Source: Octopus bimaculoides (lineage: Eukaryota). Taken from it: a stretch of DNA of 35,914 nt. How positions within the stretch are numbered: the first letter of the stretch is position 1; every line of letters starts with the position of its first letter. Both the position numbers and the translations under genes were made by a program. Of the stretch, positions 9,746-21,100 are shown one piece after another. The DNA lies in the NCBI RefSeq assembly GCF_001194135.2, contig NC_068984.1, positions 18,697,258-18,733,171 on the forward strand. Direction: 5' to 3'. The notes under the pieces were generated by a model. It was given only the letters and a program-made list of their open reading frames with translations. It was not told the origin of the DNA and did not search any database.

Positions 9746-10319
9746 ATGCCAATAAAAAGACCATTAACAAACAAGGAGCATAGTGCAATGTTAATTACTA
9801 AAAGTAATTATTTTGTATTAGGTGTTTTGCGAATAATAATAATGTGATTGTTATAGATTTCCAATGAACCAATCACTGGTTCATTGCGTTTATGATTGTG
9901 AGCTTGACAAGAAGGCATCAGCTGGAGTTCCACAGATAAATATCACCACCAGGTATGTTTTTGTTTGAATATAGCAGTTTTATCAGCTTTTTTTTTGTTT
10001 TTGTTTACACATTATCAAAAAATACATACACACACATTAGCTGACTGCAACTTCAAGTTTAGTTTTTTTGGGTTTATTCTCACAGTCTGAATAAAACTTA
10101 AAGACGCAAAACTTGAAGTCACAGTCAATCAACCCCTGAATGTAATAAATTTAAATAGGTTTTTTTTTAAAAATCAAATTTAATAAACACGAGCCAGTAA
10201 TGAGTCCTCTCATCAATAAATATTTGTTATTTGACAATAAACAACCCTAACATACATTATATATATGTATATATATATGTGTGCGTGTGTGTGTATATAA
10301 TGGAGTTCCTCTACGAGAA

Positions 10320-10580
10320 CCTGTGTTACTTTAACCTCTTTCCTCATACTTTAACCCTCCATCTAACATACATGCAACATCCTACCTCCCTGGGTTTGTT
10401 GATTTGCGAGCTACATGGTGACCTCAATAGTGCCAGCGACATGTAAAAAACACCCAGTATACAATGGAAAGTAGTTGGTGTTAGGGAAGACATCCAACCG
10501 CAGAAATTCTACCACAACAGACACTTCAAATCCTTGTCAAACTGTTCAATCCATGGAACACAGAAGTTAAATGATGATTA
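10320..10580 (+). mobile_element. Family B SINE, degenerate
   Basis: gtagttggtgttagggaagacatccaaccgcagaaa plus (ATG) tail remnant. Confidence 0.6.
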
Positions 10581-11395
10581 TATATATATAGAATTATGTA
10601 GGTAGAGTTAAAACCCAATCAATGTCCTTTTGATGCACATCTGCTTATTCAAGTATTACAATCCAGTATGTAGTTGTTGTTGCTGTATTGATGTGAGGTA
10701 TGAATTATTTGATTCTCTGCCTGAAGAATTTCTAATAGGAAACTTCTTACATGTCTATCCAACATGTCATGTACAATTTTGTGATTCCTATAAGTAAATG
10801 AAACATGTGTAATGGTGAATAAATAATACCAAAAAGTTCCAGATTCCTGTTTACTTATTTTATACACACACACTTCTGCAGTTTCCATCTACCAAATTTT
10901 TCTCACAAAGAATTAGTCAGTTTGAGGTTATAGTCAAAAACACCTGCTCAAGTTACCACAATGTGGAATCAAAATTCTTAGCCACAGCCAAACTTGCATC
11001 TATATTCATTAAAATGTTAGTTTCACAGCAAACTAAAAGAGAAAATGAATAAACAAGAGAAACCAAATATATATTTGCAGAAACTAAAATCATGTAATGG
11101 ATCATGTAGATTTATGTCCAACATGACCTAAGTTGCGAGGTAGGTTTTCCAAGTCAAAATGTAACTGAGCTAGTGAAAAATATTACAGTAAAGCTGTTTT
11201 TCGTTTTCTGCTTTTTTTTTCTTTTCTAACTCATAAAATGTCACTTCATTTCTTAACAAAGATGAGATAAATATCTCTTTATTTTTTCCTTACAGTTAAC
11301 AATGCCAGCACATATATAAATATAACAAAGTATTTAAACATTTTTACTGCACATGGAAAAATAAATAAATAGAAGATTCTGTGTTAAAAAATTAG

Positions 11396-11398
<3 letters not shown>

Positions 11399-11460
<62 letters not shown>

Positions 11461-11470
11461 NNNNNNNNNN

Positions 11471-11522
<52 letters not shown>

Positions 11523-11540
11523 GGAGGGAGAGAGAGAGAG
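11399..11540. repeat. (GA)n microsatellite containing a 10-N assembly gap (11461-11470)
   Basis: Direct reading. Confidence 0.95.
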
Positions 11541-12341
11541 AAATGGGTGGGGTGGAAGGATTGTTATAATTAAAATTTGAAGATTAAGTAATGAAGAAGT
11601 CCAAATTCAATTATATATATATTAAATTGAATTATTCACACAAAAGTAAATGATAGATAACACAGAGGTCTGAAATCTAGTAAATATTCTCAGACTGAGA
11701 TACTGCATCCACCTTAGAAATAGAAGGGAAAAAAAAAAGAGTAAGTTACTCAACTATTCTTCTGAGATGAGGAATTATTATGTTTTCTGTTTACATTACT
11801 TGGAGTGATGTCCTCATTTTGATTGTTGCCGTCACCACATTTCAGTTGTGTACACTCCAGCCTTCTTTGAGTATCTTGTAAGTGTCTTAGTACCTTGTTT
11901 GAGACTGAACTCAAAACCTCTAGGTGACTGCACTGCATTAACCAGTGCCTTTATCCATTACACTACAGCATAGCTATGGGCATTGGTTAAGGTTCTGAGT
12001 TCAATCCCAGGCCCGAGCATACACAGCTAAAACATAAAAGCAACAAGATGGGGATACCGCTCTGACTAATGTAAACAGTCTACATACATTACTGTTAATT
12101 GGTATAATTTAGTAATACAGTAAATTTATCAGTTTTCTAAAAAAAAGCATTTCAAATTTGAGAACTTTTTAATTCCATAGTATTGTAGCAGGTTCAGTGC
12201 TTTTTGTCATAACAACATAATAATATTGATATACAGATTGGTGTATTTAGAGCAAGCCTATAAAATTATATTTATCTGGAGTATAAAAAATGTAGAAGAA
12301 TAAAAAAAACAGTAACGAATAAGAGCAAGAAAGTAAGTTAA

Positions 12342-12563
12342 CCCTTTCGTTACCATATTTATTTTGAGATGCTCTGTGTTTCTTTCAATTAATTTCAAAT
12401 ATAACAAAAAATTTAGTAAAATAACTTAGTTATCATTAAGCTAGTGTTAGGAACATAAATTGTCATTAAGGTTTGGTGGAAAATTTTAATTCAAAACTTA
12501 TGAAAACAAGACATTTGTACTACAGGGCCAGAGGTGGTTTCAGCCAGGTTGGTATCGATGAGG
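12342..12563 (+). mobile_element. piggyBac-like MITE (222 bp) with TTAA TSD
   Basis: TTAA(12338-41) CCCTTTCGTTACC ... GGTATCGATGAGG TTAA(12564-67); homologous partial inverted copy at ~27955-28142. Confidence 0.7.
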
Positions 12564-13611
12564 TTAATGTTTTCACTATCAGTTAAGACTAACATTTTCT
12601 GACTCCATTAATGTTTTTAAGTTAAAGCATTGATCATCACACAATCTTATTTCCCTCCTTTACAATTTATCAAAATTTACTATTAGGCAAATTTGAACCT
12701 TAGCAGGATTGGAACTTTAAGTTCTAAATTCAAATCCTACTTTGCCTTTCATTACTCCTGGGTCAGTAAACAAGGGGTCGATGTAGTCAACAACACCCCA
12801 CCCTCAAATTATTGGCCTTCTTCCTAGGTTAAAACCTTTTATTCTTGGTAGAAGTAGTAGTGGTAGTGGTGGTGATAGTAGCAAATGAAAAAGAAGAAAA
12901 AGACGCAGCAGTTCTAGAAGAGGTGATGGTTGAAAGTGAAGAGAGGCAACTGAGATGTTTTTCACTAACTAGTTTGGTACATCATTGTTCTAAGTCCAAC
13001 TGCCACCAGAGATTACATTCTGAGGTCAATTAAATACTTAATGCCTACAATTTGCACAAAACTGGATTTGCAATATGTCACAAGAACTGACTGTTAACAC
13101 AACTAACACTGTTGATGATTACAACAGAATATATTTTATCAAGAAACAAAAGAGAGCCTGTTAATTACAAAAAGCAAAAAAAAATTCGTTTATTATGATT
13201 GCAATTATCATCTGCACAGATGCATCACCCAAGATTATATGTTAGGACTTGGGCTATATGGCTTGTACCATATTTAATATCTACTCATTTATTGTCAGTC
13301 TTACTAGGATCAGATTGTCTTTTTTTCAGACTGGTTAAGAAGACAGTGCATGTAAGATGCACCAGCCATCTTCAACCAAACAATAACAAAAAAAAAAATA
13401 AAAAGGGTTTTGTATAAGATAATAAATGATTAGTCAGAAATGTTACAGTGCTGGATATACATCCTGTCTTTCAAATTTTTAATTATGCTGTCTTAACCAG
13501 AATGTGGATATAAAGTGATATTAGGAAACGGAAAAATTAAACAGATTGAAATGTTGTACAACATGGTCACAACCTACTAAATGAAACCAGTAAAAGAATA
13601 AAATAATAATA

Positions 13612-13812
13612 AAAATGATTTCAAATTTTGGCACAAGACCAGCAATTTCAGGGGAGGCGAGTATATTGACCCCAGTGATCAACTGGTACTTATTCTATCA
13701 ACCCTGAAAGGATAAAAGGTAAAGTCGACCTTGGTGGAATTTGAACTCAGAACATAAAGACAGATGAAAGCATTTTGCTCAACGTGCTAACGATTCTGCC
13801 AGTTCACTGCCT
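13612..13812 (-). mobile_element. Family C SINE
   Basis: Reverse complement of head gcagaatcgttagcacg, B-box gagttcaaattcc and core gtcgactttaccttttatcc. Confidence 0.8.
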
Positions 13813-14296
13813 TGAATATTATAATTAATAATAATGATAATATCTAACTGTACCAAGTCTTATAATTCGCAGAAAGAGACCCTGTGAGGCCTTTGACAAT
13901 AGGATGCTGTCTGCTCCCACTGATTTAACCAGAGCAATTAAGATCAAGAGCTCTGAGAAGTAATATATAATAATAGTAAAAATAATAACAAAAGGGATTA
14001 ATTTTTAGAGAAATTCCAAATTATTACTAGCTACAGCCATGAAATATCAAAGCAATGAATACAAACATACTATGATATTGATGAAATATAGCTTTTTTTT
14101 TTTATTAATTAATTATGAATTATATAATATAAAAAGTACTTAAATTTAATAAATATAGAGTAAACAAAAGTTGAAAGAAACAAAGACATTTGTGTTTAAA
14201 GTGCGATGGGAGGAGGGGAGGGGCAGAGAAGAAGAAGAAGAAGAAGAAGAAGGAAAAAGCCAAAACTGAAACTAAAGTCGAACAGTTTTAATTACT

Positions 14297-14306
14297 TTTA
14301 TTTATT
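14297..14306 (-). terminator. Candidate proximal poly(A) signal of sortilin (overlapping AATAAA x2)
   Basis: Minus strand AATAAATAAAA followed ~25 nt later by the U-rich tract ctttagtttcagttttggctttttcc. Confidence 0.4.
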
Positions 14307-15162
14307 ACTCACTTATTCATTCTCTTTCAATAAATATATTTAAATGGATTTAATAATTCATTAATTTTAAAATTAGATTTCCCTAAATATCAGTATATAG
14401 ACACCAGTTTCAAGCCTTGGGAAAACATTTAAAAAAAAAAAAATGATTAACAATAGTTTATTATGTCTGTCTGATACTTCATCGTTGATGAAATGTGCAG
14501 TTTGAGAAAGAAATCTCAGCGGTAAAATACATAGCAGTTTAAGCAAACATATTGCAGGAAAGCTCACCATTCCCATATAATTAAAACACATCATTTACAT
14601 ACATTAAAAAAAAAAGTTTGTTAGTATATTTCTGTACAAACACACAATCATACACTTATTCAAGAGACGCATTATTAATAGGTATTATGAATTACATAAC
14701 ATTAACACCTGACTATTGTTTCATTTTTATATTTTACATCCATAGTCCACTAAAGCCAAAACAAAACATTGATATTTAACAAAGAAACAAAAAGAAATTG
14801 ATGAAAATGGTAAATTTGCTGTCAGACTTTTAGATCAACAGAAAAAAAAAAGGAAAAAACAAAACACGAAATAGACACAAGAAAAAAGAAAATAAACAAA
14901 TAATCAGATTTGTACAAGTGCCAAATACAGGTAGAAATGTCCAATTTATAAGCACTGGTGACAGATGCCTTTTTACAGTGAAAATAGGAGCAGAGATCAA
15001 AATGGCTTGTATGTTTGGGCATATTCCAAGCAGCAGGAAATATGAAAATGATGTTGGCTTTGAGAAAAGAATTAAATCAAAGTCAAAGAATATATCCCAG
15101 TCAAGTGTTTTCATTTTTCAAGAATATTTAAGCATTTCAGCTCTGGAACAATCTAAATCCTT

Positions 15163-15177
15163 TTATTGAAGTAATTC
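15163..15177 (-). CDS. SORT1: Sortilin terminal coding exon (ELLQ-stop)
   Basis: Long pyrimidine tract ttctttttctctatttttgcag|GAA TTA CTT CAA TAA; completes the acidic-cluster dileucine SDDEELLQ* (DXXLL). Confidence 0.88.
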   Translation of the reverse strand, partial: ELLQ

Positions 15178-18100
15178 CTGCAAAAATAGAGAAAAAGAAT
15201 ATATGTTAATCAAAAGTTGAAATAAGTTGTAAAAGACACGATTTCATTTCTGTAAAACCAATGTCAGTTTGGCAAAAAATGTTTGTGTGACACTTGAAGC
15301 GGTGATGTACATTAATAAACTAACTTTAGATCTATTCAAATATGTTTGGGACATATTTAACCTTGTAAAGAGGTATTTTCACTGTGGTTTGTCATGGAAG
15401 AGAAAATTTTCTGCTTGAGACAAAAGATGCTAAAAATAACAAAGTCAGTTCCAAGCGCCACCTATGGACTGGTAAATTAATTTCTAGCTTCTTAGCTGTC
15501 TTCAGCACCAGATACCAAGCAAAGCAACTGTGAAATGATTGGAGGATTTTACTTCCTTCTAAGTCAGAAAAAAGTATCTACTGATTGCATGCACACACAC
15601 ACACACACATCTCACACAAACACTGTAACTTCTGCCAAATAATAATCTTTTCTACTACAGGAACAAAGTCAGAAATTTGGAGAGATGGGGCTATTTGATT
15701 ACACTAATCCTAGTACATGGCTGGTACTTATTTCATTGACCTCAACAGGATAAAAGGCAAATTTGACACCAGCACATTTAAGAGTACCCTTCAATCATTG
15801 GACAATAAACTATGCTTGCGAAGTCCTGTTGAGGCAAGTGAAATCAAAATTGCTGACGTGGCCGATGACAGTGCCGCCTGATTGGCACCCGTGCCTGTGG
15901 AATGTTAAAAGCACCATTCGAGCGTGATTGTTGCCAGGGCTGCTGACTGGCTCCCATGCCAGTGACACGTAAAAAAAAAAGCACCATTTGAGCATGGCCG
16001 ATGTCAGTACCAATTGACTGACACTTGTGCTGGTGGCATGTAAAAGCATCCACTACACTCTTGGAGTGGTTGGCGTTAGGAAGGGCATCCAGCTGTAGAA
16101 ACTTTGCTAGATCAGATTGGAGACTGGTGCAGCCTTCTGGCTTGCCAGCCCTCAGTCAAACTGTCCAACCCATGCCAGCATAGGAAGTGGATATTAAACG
16201 AAGATGATGATGATATCCATAGGCTTCAGCCCAAAAATCCTCTGGAAAAGCCAGTTAACTGATCCCTCTCAACAGCTAGAGTTTCTTTGAGAATATTGTG
16301 GTTCTTGGCTACTACTAATCCCCTATAGAACTTCCACCGACTGCATTGCTTGACTGGCAAAGGACTGTGAGTGCTTGTTAACACTCCAGATGCCAAGCCC
16401 TTTCTTGGTTTGTGTTTGATCCATAGCTGTAGCTCCATTAATGAGATAAGTTGTGAAGAATCCTGTTTTACAAACAGCTTAAATGTTAAGTTACCAAAAC
16501 TATATATTTAAACTCTGACCCACCCACTCTTCCATAAGGTGATTGTGTAATGTAAAAAGCACCGGCGATGGTGCCATGCAAAAAAGAACTAAGCTGGCAC
16601 CATGTAAAAAGCACCACATACACACTGTAATGTGGTTGGCATTAGTAAGGGTATCCAGCTGTAGAAACCAAACCAAAACAGATTATGGAACCTGGTGCTG
16701 ATCCTGGCCTTGTTAGCTCCAATCAAATCATCCAACCAATGCCAGCATGGAAAATGGAAGTTAGATGATGATGGTGATGAATGTATCTATACAATGGAAT
16801 TGAACAGAATTTCCAAAATCAAATCTAAGAAAGAAACCAGTTTTATGTTTTAATATCTGACCACACACTAATAAACTTGGTGGGTATCAAATGATAGTTT
16901 AAGCAATGTATAATGATAATTCTTTAAAGAATTAAGCCAAAATCTTACCTCATCATCTGAATAGTCACCAAAAGTAAGCTTCTGTGAAGACAGTGCAGAT
17001 TCTACTTGTGATTCAATTTCATCTTCAGGCTGGTTTAATAGTGAATATCTGTAGACAACTTTGCTGAAAAGATAAGACGTTAAACGATGATGATGATGAT
17101 AAAATTTAAGAAAACATTAAAATATTAAAGACTCATAGTTTTCATTCAATTATGCTGAATTTGCTGGCTACTACAACTTGCAAACAAGGGGATTTACAAC
17201 CATGTACCTTCCTCAAATGTCTGTCACTTTCTCTGTTATCATGGCTATGATGGGTACTTATTCGAGGCAGTATTCATGGCTGGCAATGACCAAGACCTTT
17301 GGCATTATGTTGTGCTTGAGAAGAGAACCCATCAAACTGAGCAAAATTGCAGTCATGGCAGATGCCAGTGTCATGCAAATGGAACCTGTGCTGGTGGCAT
17401 GTAAAAGCACCCATTACACTCTTGGAGTGGTTGGCGTTAGGCAGGGCATCCAGCTGTAGAAAACCATGCCAAATCAGACTGGATCCTGGTGTAGCCTTCC
17501 AGCTTACCAGTTCCAACCAAACCGTCCAACCCATGCCTGCATGGACAATGGACGTCAAATAAGGTGAGCTGGCAGAAATGTTAAGACGCCGGGCGAAATG
17601 CTTAGCAGTATTTCGTCTGTCTTTACGATCTGAGTTCAAATTCTGCCGAGGTAAACTTTGCCTTTCATCCTTTTGGGGGTCGATGAATTAAGTACCAGTT
17701 GCATACTGGGGTCGATCTAATCGACTGGCCGCCTTCCCAAAAATTTCGGGCCTTGTGCCTAGAGTAGAAAAGAATGGATGTCAAATAATGAAGATGGTGA
17801 TGTTGATTCCTTCTTTGTTACTATCCCTTTTCTCTTTCTCATGTAAGGGATTCTTAGATAACTAGTCTTTGATTGTACAGAGTGACCAGTTATAACACGA
17901 AGAAATGTAAACATCACATCCCCATTTCACTCAGATGGCAACAAGCAAACCCAATCAGTGTTAACATTTGAATACACAGAGATTTCCATACAATTCCCAT
18001 CTATAAATTCTACCCACAAGACAGTAGTTAGCTCAGAGCTATAGTAGAAGACATGTGCTCAAGGTGCTGCCTGGCTCTCCATTGGTTATGATAACAAGTG

Positions 18101-21100
18101 TTTCATTTGATTTGATCATTGGAACAGCTTGCTTGTAAAATTAACGTGCAAGTGGCTGAATAATCCAGACACACATACCCTTAATGTAGTTTTCAAGGAG
18201 GTCCAGCATAACACAGAGTATGACAAGGCAGGCCCCTTTGAATTACAGGTATTATTCATTTTTACCAGCTGAGTGAACTGGAGCAATGTGAAATAAAATG
18301 TCTTCTGAAAGACACAACATGCTGTCAGGAATTGAACTGATGATCTTATGATTATGAACCAAATATCCTAGCCACTAAGCCACGAGCCTTAAAGGTGCTG
18401 CACAATAGGACTGAACCCCAAACTATGTGGTTGCTGAGAAAACCTTATAACCACTCCACCACGTCTGCCACTATTATAATTAAATTTAATTGTTGCAATA
18501 TATGAGTTCCAAAACTCTTCAAATTGGGGTAGAAGGTGAGAAGTTAGTTAAAATGACATCAGTACCAAATTGGTACTTAGTTTATTGACCCCAGAAAGAT
18601 GAAAGGCAAAGCCAGCTTTAGCAGGATTTGAGCTCAGAACATAAGAAAACGTTATCTAAAAGCCTTGTGGCATTTAGTTCAGTATTTTGTTTGTTGCTCA
18701 ACCAATCCTACCAACAACCCTTAATTATTTTAATATCAAACAATAAGGTAAATTAGCAAACACAACCATGAAAATTCTGAATTTTTATGTTTAAAAAAGA
18801 CTGGGTTTAAAACAGAATGGGTAAAGAAAGACACACCCCAAAAAAGTTATGTTTTAATATGTAAAGAAAATATGTCTTACTGTCTGCGTAAAAGGCATAA
18901 CTTGTGAATGAAAAATATTGACATAGCAAGAACTAAAACAAGGATGACCACAACAATGGCAGCTACAACATAATTTGCTGCAGACTCTGACAAGGGCAGA
19001 TAGATCTGAAATTAGATAAAGTAAATGATATATTATTTCACATGTTAAAATATAATTACTTATATTTTTGGAATAGTGGATCCCGAAGCAGATGATAAAG
19101 CTATAACTAATAATATATAAATACTGAGTTGAAGAACACATTTTGGATAGAAATTGAACTGTCAAAGGCTGCCTCTGGTTTTATATCAAAAACGGATTTT
19201 TCAACACAATATTTATATGTCAGTAGTTATAGCTTTATAATCTACTTTGAGATCCACTATTCAAAGAAAATAATTTTTTTCACATTCTCTCGAAAGTTTA
19301 TAAATTACGATGGCAACTTATGTTTTATTTAATTTAACAATTTTATTTATTTATTTAATTTGCAACTTGTGCAAGGGAGATAATTCTAGAGGGACTGAAG
19401 TCTTCAAGAGGAAGCATGGTATTGTTAATTCAAGTCACATAACGATTTAATATCGATAGAACATTCCCAGGCTTGAACTAATCACTTCATCCAAACTCTT
19501 GCTTGATCAAACTCTGCCATTAGACCCTTTCAAAATCAACTTAATGGGCTTGATTTCTGACAAAACTCAACTCCCATTTTCACTAAGCTTTTCCTCTTGT
19601 TTTCAATCTAAAGAAGAATTATTTAGTAACATATATAAGAAGATAATTTTTACATAGATATGCAGTGTCGTTTGCCTGATATTTACATATTCACATATTT
19701 ATTAACGGTAGCTTATTTGGATTTTTAAAAAAATCACTGATTGTGCATATGCAAAATATTTGGCAAAATGGCAACTGATAGAGAGCACTCACTGCATAGG
19801 AATTGGGAGAACTAATGGCAGATGAAATGGGATCTAAAAGAACTAAATTACTTACAAGTTGTATTCTGGAATGACATACAACACCCAAGTCTATTTTCTT
19901 AGTGTTTGGTTTAAAACATTTCGAATTTTCACAAGAACATTTATCACCAGGAATTTTTCTATATCTGCAAGAAATGGAAACAAAAAGGGCTTTAAATTTA
20001 AGAAAGATATATCTTTTATTTTTTTACTTGTTTCAGTCAGTAGACTGCAGCCATGCTGGGGCACCACCTTAAAGGATTTTAATCAAATGTATCAATCTCA
20101 GTACTTCATTTTTTTCAAAGCCTGATATTATTCTATCATTCTCTCATGTTGAACTGCTAAGTTAAAGGCACATAAACACATCAACACCAGTTGTCAAGCG
20201 GTGGACGGGGACAAACACACACACACAAACATGCAACATGCTTCTTTCAGTTCCTGTCTACAAAATTCACTCACAAGGCTTTGGTTGGCCTGAGGCTAAA
20301 GTAGAAGACACCAGCTCAAAGTTCCCTTCAGTGGGACTGAACCCAGACCATGATACTGGGAAGCAAGCTTCTTACCACGCAGCTATGCCTGAAGAATATA
20401 TTCTATAGTATCTGATTTAATCCTTCAACATTCAGCTGTCAAATGTAAAGCTTACTTATTCACATTGTTTTGAATTAATCATGCATTATCTCATGGTTAC
20501 AATATCTTGATAATGTAATTGTTAATTTTAAGAATGATATTGCAGGGCAGGTGTGCAGGGCAGGTGTGCAGGGCAGGTGTGCAGGGCTGGATCTGACTGA
20601 TTTGAACATAAAACATGGAAAATATTTTGGCTGGATATGGCCAGTTTAAACTTACCCTTCACTAACTATTTTCTCTTCATGACCTCGTATACATATATCT
20701 ATATCCCGACCAACTGGAACACCTCGCTTGCAATTCTGATTCATATCAGCTTCATAACCATAGTCACTAGAATAAAATAATAGAATATATAATATTCATA
20801 AATGATGGCAATGCATGTGTTCTAAAGCTACTGTATTGGTTTCTACAACAAGAATTAAACTATCATTCAAGACAAGATTCCACAGACATCAGTCCTTGAA
20901 TTAACTTCTTTGTAATAGTATCATCTCTGTGGTCTGTATCTTGGAAGAAATCCAAACAGAATCTTTTCTTTTTTTCTGTAATTTATATTTTAATTTTACT
21001 GCTATCAACGAAGAATGGAGTAAGTAGTGCAAGAACACATGTAACCATGTATCTCCTTTGCAACAGCACACCTGTTTCTGTCCTCATTGCTGATCTCTCT

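Noticed and set aside
9862-9886. Perfect 10-bp hairpin with CAGUGA on the minus strand, resembling an iron-responsive element
   Set aside because: The CAGUGA is not closed by a 5-bp upper stem with a bulged C; the real stem overlaps the motif, so it does not fit the IRE consensus.
10722-10750. CTGAAGA...GGAAAC hammerhead-like words
   Set aside because: Helices I and II cannot be formed.
11395-11580. RE-repeat ORF, and similar TH/YI/VC-rich ORFs elsewhere
   Set aside because: Translations of (GA)n, (CA)n and (TA)n microsatellites; this one spans an N gap.
11870-12015. Head-to-head tRNA-like segments (and other A/B-box sequences in the window)
   Set aside because: No complete cloverleaf; they are best explained as decayed tRNA-derived SINE heads, so no tRNA gene is called.
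12845-13033. 63-codon ORF with a hydrophobic V run and acidic stretch
   Set aside because: Derived from a (GTA/GTG)n low-complexity tract; no splice-linked frame.
14822-15169. Three overlapping ORFs just downstream of the sortilin stop
   Set aside because: 3' UTR sequence with no homology signal, splice context or codon bias evident.
15857-16041. Regular ~65-bp repeat units that look superficially like a CRISPR array
   Set aside because: Eukaryotic context, no unique spacers, and the same units recur as heads of dispersed SINE copies.
17178-17639. Overlapping ORFs of 71-121 aa
   Set aside because: Entirely SINE-derived; similar pseudo-peptides recur in every copy.
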